A DNA stretch of 64,000 nt from Eledone cirrhosa (GCA_964016885.1 OZ024742.1:299398001-299462000), one strand, 5' to 3'. Positions 1 through 13,765 are shown, numbered from the stretch's first letter. A program made the numbers and translations. The notes: generated by a model not told the origin, from the letters alone.

Positions 1-1945
1 CAACACTGAAATGATGAAAAACAAAGTTGATCTCGGTGGGATTTTATACTTAACAGAAGTATATATTTTTCAGGCTAAAGCCATCTATTATAACTAATGC
101 GAGTGAATAAGAGAATTGAATGAATACAACCCATTCTCACCTCAAAATATTTAATGAATTAGGTGTCTACATTTCGTATGATGATGATGATGGAAATGAT
201 AATGATTGATTTCAAAATATTTCCAGTCATTATAGTTCAGAAGATATTTTCCAAATATTTGTGTTAGGTACCGACATTCGTACTTTTAACCAGCCACTAA
301 TCTTTCAAATAAATTAATAAAATGTTTCATGGTTCCAGCTGACAAAATGGTGAATGCATTATATTGAATTATATCTGTTGCGATTTTATTATTTACTTTC
401 AGAAATTTGTCAACATATACAGAGTCATAAAACAATTTTTATTTCAGGATTTATCCAATCCTTTCAATGGTATACATAAACATGTTTTTTATGTATTATT
501 TCCCGAATTATCCAAATAATAAGGGGAATCAAATAATGTGCAAATCAGCATGTGGTTCATCGTTTCAACTATCCCACTACAACTTAAAGAGGATTCCACA
601 TTTTATCCTTATTTCACTTTGATGTCTCTGGTTAAGCCAATTCCAACTTCATAAAGCCGCTCTACAGAACAAACTAAGCAAGCTTGGGCGGATTATTTAT
701 CGCTATCAGAGATATAATAGTCGAATCTAATTATATTTGAGCACGAAAACCGGAAGAACTGATATAAATACTGCAATGCATTCTATTGCTTCTACGGAGT
801 CGTAACTAATATTTCATAGAAAAGAACATGGAAAATTCTAATTATGGTAATATACTCACAGTGAAAATAGTTGCAATTTTACTCAGCAGATAGATGAAGA
901 ATAGCTTTGGGTATACGGAAAATCTGAAAAAAGAAATGAAACAGATCAGTTTCCAAATAAATATTATATCCATATCATATTGAACATCATATACTAAAGA
1001 AAGTATGAGTCAATTTCCTCGATTCAAAATGCACAGTCTATTCGAGGAAACATAAACCCATTAATTCAGTTGTAGGGATATTAGATTCTTCTAGGACCAC
1101 AATTGTCATTTTGATTATATAGACGTATTCACTACTGAAGTGAGAATGACGAAATGGTAAACCATATTTCACCTCCCCATCATAAAATCTCTGGTTCGAT
1201 ACCACAGTGTAGCATATTAGGCCTGTCTTTTACTATAGCCCCGAGTTTTGCTACGCCTACAAATAATAAAAGACCCAGACATATTTACATACCGGTAAAA
1301 TATTACCAATCGCCTTTCTAAAACTGTATCTATATATTTTCCGTACATTAACTTACATATTAAGACAAATATACCGATGTCAAAACATACCAACAAACAT
1401 ATAGACCAAAATACATAATAGGATACATACACCGATACCATATAACAACGCTTAAAATTACAACCCTCAACAATAACGAGAGAATTTATACACATACAAA
1501 TAAAGGCACAAGGAAACTCCTACTATACACATTAAATAATCCTGAATATAAACCTCAAATGTTACAAACAATCCAGAAAATAAAAAGAGCCACCCTATTA
1601 CACAACACCTACATTGCTAAAACACCATCAACTATACATAACACCATCCACGCACACAGCACTTACATAATATAAAACCAAATAACCTAACCAAACAAAG
1701 ACTTACACAACCCGCGTGCAATACCCATCTACTTTATTTAAATACAAACTAAACCCAACATCACTACACTACATAACACCTGTGCAAAACCCATACAAAA
1801 TAACACTCACACAAACTTTTATAACAACATAATATTTTATTTAATCTCGCTGCAGACTAAACGATAGTGGATCCTCACGGTGAACACTTAAAATAGACCC
1901 AATTGTTTGGGAATGAATACAATACCAGATTAAATTAAACTGTTA

Positions 1946-2545
1946 TACGAGGGTTGGCTGAAATGTTCAGAGGCTGACCAAGATACTCTCATAAAATATG
2001 ACAAAATAGTCCACCTTGCGGTCCACACACCTCTTCCATCGGTTTTACAGTGCTTGGATCCCATTGGGGAAGAAGCTTTCATTCTGGTAGTTAAAAAGGT
2101 AATCAACTGCAGATACGACGTCATCCTCACTGCGATACTTGTTCCCCGTCAAGTGGTTTTTAATGTAGGGGAACAGATGAGAGTAAGATTGGGGTAAATC
2201 GGGAGAATATGCAGGTTTGAACAACCACTTTAACGCCACAGCCACGCACAGCAGCAATTGAAACCAAAGACTGGAGCATGGTGTGGTGAAACAAGATAGG
2301 GCTCGTCAGTTTTCCTGGGCGTTTGGGCTTAATAGCTTTTTGTAATTGCCTCAACAAGCTGGAATAGTAATCTGCATTAATGGTGTGGCTCTTTTGAAGA
2401 TAATCAATAAATACAACGCCTCTTGCAAAACCTGAGGCCATCACCCTCCCTGCAGATGAAACGACCTTGGCCTACTTTGGAGCAGGTAAGAAGGGTTTTT
2501 TCCACTGCATGGACTGTCTCTCTATCTCTGGCTCTAGTGATTAAA
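1946..2545 (-). mobile_element. Degenerate 5'-truncated mariner (Tc1/mariner) transposon
   Basis: Frameshifted minus-strand ORFs carry mariner motifs (PAYSPDL..HLF; GVVFIDYLQK..TINADYY..LL). The end reads TA-CGAGGGTTGGCTGAAA, like a mariner TIR. Confidence 0.85.
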
Positions 2546-2547
2546 GA

Positions 2548-2815
2548 AAGATGAGTTGGATTCCCAGACAGGGTGATGCGTAGTGTCTTTGAGCAAAACA
2601 TCTTATTTCACGTTGCTCCAGTTTACTCAGCTGGAAAAATCAGTTGCGAGGTCATTGGCACAAAGCTATATCGGCCATAGCCTTTACTTTGAACAACATC
2701 GGTGGCGAATGGAGGGGAGATCGGTACGTATGAGCGATTGCTGGTCTTCTACAAACTTGCCAGTACTTGTGCCTCGGAGGGTAACTATCCAAGTGAAAGT
2801 CCCTTGGTAATACGT
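2548..2815 (+). mobile_element. tRNA-derived SINE, second family, old copy
   Basis: Box B-like GAGTTGGATTCCC followed by TGTCTTTGAGCAAAACATCTTATTTCACGTTGCTCCAG. Related decayed minus-strand copies lie near 54560-54650 and 59890-60000. Confidence 0.6.
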
Positions 2816-3177
2816 GATATTTATAATCATGCAAGAATTTGTAGTTACAACACGTACATGAATCTCACTGTCATGTAGCTACAGAGTTGTATATATAACT
2901 ATATATTTATATATATATAGATGTGTGTGTGTGTCTGTGTGCGGTGTGTATGTGTGTGTGTGTGTGTACGATTTATAACCGCAAATTCATACTTGTTGCA
3001 CAATTTTTCGCTTTTAATTCACGATCATGCTAATTGCTTCCAGTCATGATTGGAAACGAAAAGGTTCAATCAAATATGAATAACATGAGTTTTATTAACT
3101 GTAACATAATCGTATTTCGGCACATTGTGGCATTAAAACTAGTATACATTAGCAGCATCCTCACATTCTGATATTGC

Positions 3178-3227
<50 letters not shown>
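3178..3227. repeat. (AAT)n microsatellite
   Basis: Pure AAT run directly upstream of the first RLE LINE fragment. Confidence 0.98.
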
Positions 3228-3229
<2 letters not shown>

Positions 3230-4247
3230 GGATAGGAAGACTAGGAAGCTATTGACTATCTACAACATGTTCCACAAGAGGAGTGATGTCGATAGACTCT
3301 ACCTAAGGAGATCTGAGGGTGGAAGAGGTATTATCAGCATAGAGGACTGTGTTCAGATGGAGAAAAACAACCTATACAAATACGTGACCTATAGTAAGGA
3401 GCCAATGCTCAGAGCTGTACTGAAGGAGGGGACAGTAGGCCAGGGGATGTCCAGGGAGGAAATAACATCAAGGAGGAAGAGCAGCCTTAAGGGAAAACCC
3501 CTTCATAGTAGCTTCTTTGAGAAAACTGAATTTAGAGATCCACAGACATGGAACTGGTTGAGAAGAGGAGACCTCAAAAAGGCTACAGAAGGAATGCTAA
3601 TGGCTGCGCAGGAGCAGGCCCTCAAAACGAAGTGGTTGAAGCACCATATCTACAAGGAGGAGGCCAGCCCACTGTGCAGGATCTGTGGAGAGAGAGAGGA
3701 GACTGTGGCTCACATTGTGTCCGAGTGTAAACACCTAGCCCAGACCCACTATAAGGGCTGGAGACACAATGTGATGGGCAGGGTGATCCACTGGCACCTG
3801 TGCAAAGTAAACAATCTACCACATTCTGAGAAATGGTATGAGCATAGGCCAGAGGCGGTGATGGAGAACAATCAGGTGAAGGTGCTGTGGGATTTTAGGA
3901 TACAGACGGACAAAAAACTGGAACACAATAGACCTGACCTGGTGGTTGTGGACAAAGAAAAAAGATCGTGCCTGATTGTGGATGTGGCCTGCCCGTTCGA
4001 CACGAGAGTGCAAGAGAAGGAGAGGGAGAAAATTAACCGATACCAGGACCTAAAGTGGGAGGTGAAAAGGATTTGGAACTGCCATGAAGTCAAAGTGATC
4101 CCGATTGTCATAGGCGCACTGGGGACTATCTCCAAAAGTTTCCAGGGATGGTTAAAGAAAATCGGCCCCTTCACGCTTTTTGGAACGCTTCAAAAGGCAT
4201 GCTTGCTTGGAACAGCAAGAACCCTCCGATACGTCCTGAATATCTGA
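3228..4247 (+). pseudogene. C-terminal zinc finger + RLE endonuclease of R4/Dong-like element
   Basis: 339-aa open frame homologous to 6490-7566. The Met start is created by 5' truncation. Confidence 0.85.
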
Positions 4248-4321
4248 GGCTGCAGGTAGTGGCTTGATATTCAATCCAACGGACTTTCCAGTTAACCAAC
4301 ATCAATGACTGAGATTCAAGG
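3228..4321 (+). mobile_element. R4/Dong-like RLE non-LTR retrotransposon, 3' fragment (copy 1)
   Basis: ORF 3228-4247 has a CCHC finger (CRICGEREETVAHIVSEC) and a restriction-like endonuclease (NRPDLVV..DVACPFD..EKINRYQDL). A short 3'UTR follows, and AAT arrays flank both sides. Confidence 0.92.
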
Positions 4322-4336
4322 AATAACAATAACAAC

Positions 4337-4404
<68 letters not shown>
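4322..4404. repeat. (AAT/AAC)n microsatellite
   Basis: AAT run between the two RLE LINE copies. Confidence 0.98.
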
Positions 4405-4407
<3 letters not shown>

Positions 4408-7400
4408 TGGTCTATTTAAATTAGATGAACAAAAATTGGCCGGGCAGGCTAGGGTAATAAGAACTAATGGGTGGATAAGCGAGCTGGAACTGGAGGAACT
4501 GAGCAGAGAGATTAGGTTGGAAATGGAGAGTGGAGTATGACAGGCAAACGAGCCAGTGGGAAAGGAAGGTGAAGAGGTTGAGAGAACGGATGAACCATCC
4601 GAAGCAGACAATGATCTGAATGCTGAAATAAATAATACCTGGAACAAAGATACGGCCATTGAGGAGATGAATGCTGACGGGCTAGGACAAGATTTGGTTG
4701 ATATCTTAAACTTAGTGGTAGATGAATTGAACAATGATAGTGGGAAACCTATGAACCTGAGATTTGTAGACAGGAAAAAGTTAAAAGAAACAACAGCTAA
4801 GGTAAACAAAGTCATCCCATACCTTGAGGCGAGGAGCCTTCACCAGTGCAACAATACCCTCAAAGCAACAGCAAATGCGGTGAGGAAATTACTTGGCATA
4901 AAAGCGAGAGGAAACAACAAACAAGAAAGATCAGAACCTTGGTGGAAGAAACGACTGAATAGTCAAATCAGGGAAATGAGAAATGACATTGGAAAGCTTA
5001 AGTCCCTACTGAATGGGACACTAAAAAACATAGACACTAAAAATAGACTGGAAATAAAGTACAAAACTAGGAGGGGGAAAAAGCTAAATATTATCATAGA
5101 CGAACTGAAGCAACGCATTGTAGCAAAGAGTGCAAAAATTAAGCGATACGAGAGCAGAGTCAGTCAGTATAGACAGAACCGCATGTTTGACAACAACCAG
5201 AAGATGCTGTTTGGACAGCTTGAAGGGAAAGAAAGAGGCAACGACTTGATCCCTGAGGCGGAACAAACCAAGACATTCTGGAGAGGAATATGGGAGCAGG
5301 ATGTTAAACATAATGACCAGGCAGTGTGTATTGAGACAGTACAAAAGGAGATTAGTGAACAGGCACACCAACAAACTGATTTGAGTATCACAGTTGAAAC
5401 TCTTAAGGGGCAGGCCAAAAAACTAACCAACTGGAAATCACCAGACCCAGATGGTGTGCAGAGGTATTGGATTAAAAATATAACATCCCTCCACCCGAAA
5501 CTGACAACCATGTTCAATGACTGCTTGATGTCAGGTGAGGTACCAGAGTGGTTGACAAAAGGTACCACAGTTCTGGTAATGAAAGACCGAATCAAGGGTA
5601 ATGATGTTACCAACTATAGACCTATCACATGTCTGTTCGTAATGTGGAAACTGTTGACAAACATTATGTCTGAGGAAATCTACCATCACCTCCACACAAA
5701 CAACTTGTTACCGGACGAACAGAAAGGATGCCGAAAGAAATCCCGTGGTACAAAGGACCAGTTACTTATTGATAAGATGGTAATGAGGAATTGCAAGAGG
5801 GGACACACTGGTCTTGCCATGGGATGGATAGACTACAAAAAGGCATTTGACATGGTACCTCATTCTTGGATCACCAAAAGCCTAGAGATCTTCAAGGTGG
5901 CGGATAACATCAGACAGTTGTTGGGGAAAAGTATGAAGTCCTGGAAAACAGAGTTAACATCGGGTGGAGAATCCTTGGGAGGCGTGAAGATCAAGAGACG
6001 TATCTTCCAGGGAGATAGTCTGTCTCCTATGTTGTTCGTCCTTTCCCTGATGCCCCTGGCCATTGTACTGCGAAAAGTGAGAGCAGGATACAAGTTGGGA
6101 AAGGGAGAGCTTACCATCAATCACCTCCTCTTCATGGACGATCTTAAGCTCTTCGGGAAGAGTGAGAAGGAGTTGGATATGCTTGTTGACACTGTCCGTA
6201 TTTTCAGCAATGATATATGTATGCAATTTGGTATTAGTAAGTGTGGAGTCCTTGTGATGAGGAGGGGTAAAGTGAGCAGAAGCAACGGAATCCAGGTACC
6301 AACAGGTGAGATGATAAAGGAAATTGACACTGAAGAAGGATACAAGTATTTGGGTGTTCTGGAGGCTGATGACATCAAGAACAAAAAAAATGAAGGAATT
6401 GATAAGATCTGAATATATTCGGAGATTAAGGAGCGTATTAAAGTCACATCTGAACAGTTGGAATGCCATAAGTGCAGTAAATTCGAGCTGTGTCTATTAT
6501 TAGGTACAGTGCGGGAATTCTGAGATGGAATGTTGCTGAACAAAAAGAAATGGATAGGAAGACTAGGAAGCTATTGACTATCTACAACATGTTCCACAAG
6601 AGGAGTGATGTCGATAGGCTCTACTTAAGGAGATATGAAGGTGGAAGAGGTCTTATCAGCATAGAGGACTGTGTTCAGATGGAGAAAAACAACCTACACA
6701 AATACGTGACTGATAGTAAGGAGACAATGCTCAGAATTGTACTGAAGGAGAGTACAATAGACCAGGGGATGTCCAAGGAGGAAATAACAAGGAGAAAGAG
6801 CAGACTTCATGAACAATCCCTTCATAGTACCTTCTTTGAGAAAACCGAATTCAGAGATCCACAGACATGGAACTGGTTCAAAAGAGGAGACCTTAAAAAG
6901 GCTACAGAAGGAATGCTAATGGCTGCGCAAGAGCAGGCCCTCAAAACGAAGTGGCTGAAACACCATATTTACAAGGAGGAGGTTAGCCCACTGTGCAGGA
7001 TCTGTGGAGAGAGAGAGGAGATTGTGGCTCACATTGTAACCGAGTGTAAACACCTAGCCCAGACTCACTATAAGGGCTGGAGACATGATGAGATGGGCAG
7101 GGTGATCCACTGGCACCTATGCAAAGTAATCAATTTACCACATTCTGAGAACGGGTATGAGCATAAACCAGAGTCGGTGATAGAAAACGATCAGGTGAAG
7201 GTGCTGTGGGATTTTAGGATACAGACGGACAAGAAACTGGAACACAATAGACCTGACCTGGTGGTTTTGGACAAGGAAAACATATCGTGCCTGATTGTGG
7301 ATGTGGCCTGCCCATTCGATACGAGAGTGCAAGAGAAGGAGAGGGAGAAAATTAACCGATACCAGGACTTAAAGGGGGAGGTAAAAAGGACTTGTAACTG

Positions 7401-7566
7401 CCATGAAGTCAAAGTGGTCCCGATTGTCATAGGCGCACTAGCTACTATCTCAAAGAGTTTCCAGGGATGGTTAAAGAAAATTGGCCCCGCCACGCTTTTT
7501 GGAACATTTCAAAAGGCATCCTTGTTGGGAACAGCAAGAACCCTCCGATACGTCCTGAATATCTGA
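4405..7566 (+). pseudogene. Disrupted single ORF (RT + CCHC + RLE)
   Basis: Stop near 4538 and a frame break at about 6385-6490 split it into ORFs 4556-6412 and 6490-7566. Confidence 0.88.
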
Positions 7567-7636
7567 GGCTGCAGGTAGTGGCTTGATATTCATTTCAACA
7601 AACTTTCCAGTTAACTAACATCAATGACTGAGACTC
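4405..7636 (+). mobile_element. R4/Dong-like RLE non-LTR retrotransposon, near full-length (copy 2)
   Basis: N-terminal DEQKLAGQARVIRTNGWISELELEEL motif, then RT (NYRPITCL, WIDYKKAFD, FQGDSLSP, LFMDDLKL), CCHC finger and RLE. Its 3'UTR is homologous to that of copy 1. Confidence 0.95.
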
Positions 7637-7646
7637 AATAAACAAC

Positions 7647-7694
<48 letters not shown>
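7637..7694. repeat. (AAT)n microsatellite
   Basis: AAT run between RLE copy 2 and the 3' end of the Tx1-like LINE. Confidence 0.98.
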
Positions 7695-7696
<2 letters not shown>

Positions 7697-7944
7697 TTTC
7701 TTTATTAACCACAAGGGTTTACATAAAGTAGACATTAAGGACAGTGCAGGACAATACATGACGGTACAAATGGACATTTCTGCGTGTAAAAAACAAAAAC
7801 AGAGGGTGTAACAAAAAATAACAATGAAAAATTCCCCAATAGGGGGGAGACTTCGGAGGGACATTTGTGGAGAAAGCCCAGTAAAGAGCCACAATGACCC
7901 TGACCACCAAGGCAAGTGCCCTCTCCCAGTTTTCCATCTTTAAT

Positions 7945-10900
7945 TTACAGATATATACTCAGAGTAGGCCCATTCACTCGGGCGATTCTTGCTTCTCTCA
8001 CCCATCTTTCAACAAAATGCTGGGAAGAGAGCACTTCCCTCTCTACTCTGATTTTCCTTTTCAAATGAAATTTGAAAAAGTCAATCAGAGCATCACCGAA
8101 GAGGTAAGTGCTCGTCTTCAGCCCTTTCAAACGTGTCCACCATACTATCTCTTTCGCCATGGCCACCAGACAGATAAAAACTGCCTGCCCTTCCCGGCTA
8201 AAGGAGGAGGGCGGGGCAATCCTCACGATGGACTCAGATGATAGCCGGATCCGTCCTAAACCCGACAGCAGGTGTTCGACATAAACCCACAAGTCAGCAA
8301 TTTTCGGACACTGGACGAGTGCGTGCAGGACGGTTTCGTCGCCCTGCGCGCATCTCGGACATGCCCGGCTGACGGGACCTCCATGCCTGTAGAGTTTATC
8401 CCGAACTGGCAAGGCTCCTCGGTAGCACTGCCAGGCCAGAGATTTCTGGAAGTTGTCCATAGGCCCTGGCCCGAAAGTTCTTCCGAAGAGATTGGCTAGT
8501 TGATTTTCGTCGACGCCTAGAGTTTCCCCAAGTACGTCGTCGCTCTTCCCCTCCACTAATCCTCTATAGAACGCTGAGGTGGAGTTTCCACCGATCACAT
8601 TGCCCGATTCGTCGAGGGCTGTGAGAGCCTGAAGACATTCCAGTCTCCAGGCGCTCCCTCTCGGTCTTCGCTTGACCCAGGACTGCAGCTCCGTCAAGTA
8701 AACGAGCTGGGGAAAAACGCGTCTAGCAAACGGCGACCACACCTGATCACCGTCGAGGAAGAGGTGGAGATGTCGTAGCCTGAGCGTGTGCCTGCGCATC
8801 ATCAGCCACGGCATGCCCAGCCCTCCAGGTAGCGGGTGTTGACAACAGATAGACCGCCTGACCATCGGAGCGCGTCCCTTCCACAAAAAGCGAAAGAGCA
8901 AACGCTCCAGCGCAGTCAGGCGAGGCTTAGGACAAGGTACGACGGTCAGGCGGTAGCAGATGACAGACGCGATGTACGCGTTAGCCACCTCCGCGTGACA
9001 TTTCAGGGATAGCTTCCTCTGCGCCCATTTCTGGGTGAGAGAAGCCACCCTGCTCGTCACCTCGTCTCAGTTTTTGTCCGTCTGGAGGTCCGGACCGAAC
9101 CAGACCCCTAGCAATTTAACCGGTCGGTCCGTCCGTCCAGCGTCCGACGACGCTGTTGGACGGCATGGACCTGCCTCTCCAGGTGCCGAGCTGCAGGCCC
9201 ACTGACTTTTCCTGGTTGATCATTGCTCCTGTCACCGCTTCGTATTCTCTTAGTGTAGTGCCGATCGCCTCGATATGTTTGGCGTTCGACAACACTACGG
9301 TGACATCGTCCGCATATGCTGACACGGATCTTCCGCATCCTAGTTCGCGCGGGACGCCCCTCAACGTCTCCAGTTTGTGCAGTAATGGCTCGAGAGTCAA
9401 TACGTACAAGAGGGACGAGAGGGGACATCCTTGGCGGACCGAGCGCATGATGTTGAACGGTTCCGACAGGTGACCGTTCACTCTCACCACAGAGCAGATG
9501 TCGCTGTGCATGGCAGCGATCCAGCCTCTGAAGACGGGCCCAAAGCCAGCCGCCCTCAGAACTGCCGCTAGGTAACGATGGTCGACCCTATCGAAAGCTT
9601 TTGACTGATCTAAATTGATCAAGGACCCACCCGTGCCAGGTTCCCTAGCTACCCTCTCTACGATGTATTGCATGAGGTGGAGGTTGTCGTGGATGGATCT
9701 GTCGGGAATGGCGCATGTCTGCGCCTCTCCCACCAGACCACCAACGACAAGCGCCAACCTCTCTGTTAGCACCTTGGCCAAAATCTTGAACTCTGTGTTT
9801 AGCAGAGTTATGGGCCGGAAATTATCTATGTTATCCCCCTTGTTCGGATCCTTTCTCAGCAGTGCCACCGCTCCTCGGCTCACAGAACTGGGAATTCTCC
9901 CGTTCTGTTGCCAGTTGCAGTAGACGTCCGCCAAGAGGCCTCCGAACAAGTCTGGCATCTGTACGTAAAGTTCATAGGGCAGACCAACCAAAACAGGCGA
10001 TTTACCCCTTGTGCAGCCAGTCATTGCCTCCCTTACTTCAGCGGCTGTTATCGGCTTTTCGCAACACTTCGCCTCAGTGGCCGAGAGCCGCGGCAGTCCG
10101 TCGAGGTCGACACTAATGTCCATCCCTCGACCCGGCCCACCGCTGCCCCCGAACAGCTGAGCGAAGTGTCGCTGAAAAGCTTCACACATTTGCCCGGGAT
10201 CGAGTAGCATGCGCCCGTCGTGGTCCACCAAAGACCGGATTGTGGCTTTGTTGCCACGACGCGCCTCCGCCACTCGGGCCCATTGAACGGCTTTCGTTCC
10301 CTCGTGTCTGAGAGCACGCACCCTTGTCCTGACAACGCAGCCTTCGTGCTTTGCATTGAAGAATTGGTCAAGGGCCAATTTCGCCGCAAGCACGTCGGTC
10401 GCAATGCCTTTGCTAAGCGCCTCGTCTAATTTTCTAACTAGTTCTCCCTCTGCTCTATTTTTCTCTATTGCTAAAGCCTTACTAAACCTAATGGATTCTA
10501 TTCTAATCGCTCTTTTCAGAGCAAACCACCACTTGTTGTTGACGATGGCCCCCGTCAACGCCCGCTTAACTAGTTCGCTAATCCGGTCTCTGTAGGCCTT
10601 GCGCGCTGGTAAGGACGCGTTTAGCTTCCAGTAGCCGGGTCCTCGTCTATGAAGCCTATCTAAGTCAAGCACACAGATCATGAATTTGTGGTCCGTGTAG
10701 CTGACTATCTTGAATTGTGGACAGCCTATGCTAGACCTATCTATTTCCCTACAAAATACTCTATCTAGATATGATCTGGATGACCCTATACGATTTGTCC
10801 AAGTCCACATTGGCACATTCGGGAAATCCAATCGGTACCTGTCAGACAGTTCAAAACGCCTGAGCAGGTTGGTGAGGCTCTTGCACCCTCCACCCCTATC

Positions 10901-11368
10901 CGCTAATCCCACACAGTCCCAGCGTGCATCTAAGATCCCGTTCCAGTCGCTCACTAACACTAAAGAGAGGGACGTGCCAAGAAAGGTCTCCAGACGCCGG
11001 AAGAAATCAGGCCGCCCTGCTCCTGTCGGGGCATAGACGGCCACTAGCCTGAAAGCTTGCCCGTCTCCGCTGGTCACGTCCAGCACCACCAGCTTACCCT
11101 CTGGGTCCAGGAAGATGGCCCGTATGGCGAGATCCAAACCTCTCCGGAAAAGCACAGCAACTCCTCCACCCGATCCAGGACGGCTGGGAGATGCGTACAC
11201 ATCGTAGCCGCCGAAGATCGGTTTGAAGGCCCGTGCTTCGGAGATTCTGGTCTCGCTGATGGCCACTACATCTATGTTTAGTGACCTGAGGTCGTTGAGC
11301 AGGTGATCCTGCTTCCATGACGACCCCAAGCCACGCGCATTTATGCTGCCTATTCTGAGTGAGGTCAT
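7945..11368 (-). pseudogene. Tx1-like ORF2 (APE endonuclease, RT, zf-RVT), broken near 9060-9116
   Basis: SINARGL, ISETR, YLDRVF, TDHK (APE); NFRPITLLN, QGCPLS, AYADD (RT); CPRC..ETVLHALVQC. Confidence 0.92.
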
Positions 11369-11402
11369 GTTTAAAATAGAGTGGAAAAGATGGGAAAGAC
11401 TA

Positions 11403-13413
11403 CTTACCGTACTTTTCGTAGAGGAGGGATGGTTTTTACATCCCTTTTCACTTGATCGTCTGGTGAAGGGACCGTTGAATCGTCCCTTCGGCTGGTCGTC
11501 GGCTCTTCTATGAGTATGTCCGAATATACTCTTCGATTGATAGTTCCTCCTAGGTCCCTGAAATCACTAACTGCGTTGGGGAATTTCGTTTAAATGTTTG
11601 TGTATTGTTTCTGTGCTATTTTTAGCAGTCTTATGTTAGTTGGCGTTTTAATTGGTGCTGGTATTATGTAGTCGTGTTGTGAAATGTCTGTGTTCAATTA
11701 TGTAAGTCATTAGTTTCTTGTGTATTTATTGCGGTGCATTTGTTTTTCTGGGGGTGGGGTGTGGTTCTGCTATTTTCTTGTCGTTGTTGCTGGGTGTGTG
11801 TGTTTTGTTGTTGTGTTTGCGATGTTGGTGCTTGTGGTGGTGGTGTTGAAGGTGTTGTTGGCGGTGGGATTGTCGCCGGTGGTGATGGTGGTGCTAGTGT
11901 GGGTGGTGATGGTGTTGGTGGTGTTGCTGCTGTGAGTCTCTTTGCAGTAGACTTTACCCTTTTCTCATTTCTTTCCTCCTTTTTCAAAGGCGACGATGCG
12001 CTGCTTCTGCGTTTGTGCCTTCTTACGACCTTTTGCCATCCCTCTCCCATTTCACACTCCAGGTCTGATTCTGTGAGGTCGGGGATGGGTACCAGCTCCA
12101 CTCTTTCACTTGTTGTTGTTGGTGATGTTTGCACTGGAGTCTCTGTTGCAGCTGCATTTGGTATTGCTGTTGTTGTTGTTAATATTTCTACTGCTGCTGC
12201 TGTTTTTGATTTCCGTGGCGTGGGTATGGGTGCCACGGACCTATCGTTCCTGGTTGCCGCTTGTCCTGTTGCTGGTAGCCGTGGAGCCGGTTTCGGAAGG
12301 AGGGGGGTTTTCTCCTTTCTCAGGGTCTTCTCGTTGCAGAAGGCCCTGAGGTGAGTCTTCGATCCACAGCGAAAGCAATTCGGGCGTTTGCCCTCAACAC
12401 TTATGGGCAGTTGAGTGCCGTTATCGAAGTCTATCACATCCGGGATAGCTTCGATGCACTCCTGGTTGGTTTGGATTAACATCTCAATGGAGGTGCCGAC
12501 CCAATCTTCTCTTACTTTTTTCTGTACTTGCAGTACAGTTGTTTTGTCCTCGATTCCGACGAGGACAGACGCGGCCAGCCAAGAAGGGGCCATCCCGGGG
12601 GGGACGTGGGTCAGTTTGACCCTCACAATTTTTTGCCCGCAGTAGGAGGGCACCAACACCATTTCCTCGCTCCTTAGGGTGACTACGGATTGAGCCTTTG
12701 CCTCCTGGGGTGTGGCAAAAGTACGTCTACGGTGGCATATTTTTGCCTCGGGTGATGTGCGTTTTCCGCTGCCACACAGACCCCAAGGCTTTTTGTATTT
12801 GAGCCTCTGTGGCTCTTTCAACCCTACGGGATTTTGTACTTACTGTACGGTACGTGACCGTTCAGTGCTGTTGGGTTTCGAAAAATGTTTCCGCTGCCTT
12901 GCAGATTGCTCGGTGTTGTGTCTTTGTCACCATCTTCTTCGCTTCCTCTAATTCCTCATTTGTTATGAGGATTGTTTCCAGGTTCTTCGCGATACCTGCA
13001 AACGAGATTGGTTTTTCTTTGCTGCTGTTGTTGTTGTTGTCGTCAGAGCTGCTGTTACTTTTGTTGTTGCTGCAGGTACTACGACTACTGCCTCCGCCGC
13101 TGTTGCTGTGGTTGTTGTTGGTGTTGCTGCTGCTAATGCTGTTGTTGTTTATGCTGCTGGTGATGCTGTTGCGGCTGCTACTGTTGTTTTCATTGTCACT
13201 GTTGCTGTTGTTATTACGGCTGCTACTGCTATTATTCCTGATGTCAGACGAATGAAATGGGTTTTCGTATTTCCCGCACACCTGTTTCGTCGTTGTCGTC
13301 GTCGTCGTGGAGAAGTCTTGCACGCTTTGCACGAGACTTTTCTTTTCTGTCGTCGCTTGCGAAAGAGAAGGGAGGGAGAGAGACACATTTAAAGAAGGGA
13401 GGGAGAGAGACAA
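11403..13413 (-). pseudogene. Tx1-like ORF1 (gag-like, CCHC knuckle, S/N- and P/T-rich tracts), frameshifted
   Basis: ORF pieces 12862-13413 and 11694-12821, the latter with CFRCGSKTHLRAFC. Coding-like sequence continues to about 11403. Confidence 0.75.
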
Positions 13414-13713
13414 TCTTCTCTCTGCTGTAGTGATGATTGAGGAAGAAGAAGACGGAATGAGTGGGAGTGACCTATGAAAATTCTTTTTCGTAGCCTTGTT
13501 GTTTTTTTTTGTTTAAAATAAATATTGGGCACAAAACCCCAATAAGCAGTTATTTAACCCCGAAGGGCCAACTAACGGGCAGAAAGACCCCCCTCACGAG
13601 GAGGAGGGTGTTTTTGTCTACAAGTTCGTTAAAGTTTTAAACAATTTACAATTGTTATAGCGTTCAAAATTTACAATACCTTACAGAGCCGAGCCCCGTC
13701 AACCATAGCATTC

Positions 13714-13764
<51 letters not shown>
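13714..13764. repeat. (AAT)n microsatellite
   Basis: AAT run at the 5' end of the Tx1-like LINE. Confidence 0.98.

Positions 13765-13765
<1 letters not shown>

Larger units (their letters stand above)
7695..13713 (-). mobile_element. Full-length L1/Tx1-clade LINE
   Basis: Two-ORF layout: ORF1 with a zinc knuckle, ORF2 with APE + RT + C-terminal Cys/His finger. AATAAA lies just before the 3' end, and (AAT)n arrays flank both ends. Confidence 0.92.

Noticed and set aside
1217-1940. A/C-skewed segment resembling an old PLE 3' region, with a possible hammerhead ghost at about 1855-1895
   Set aside because: Neither CUGANGA nor GAAA is intact and protein similarity is too weak to support.
3548-13392. 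Antisense and alternative-frame ORFs overlapping the LINE coding regions
   Set aside because: Shadow frames of retrotransposon ORFs or triplet repeats, with no independent motifs.
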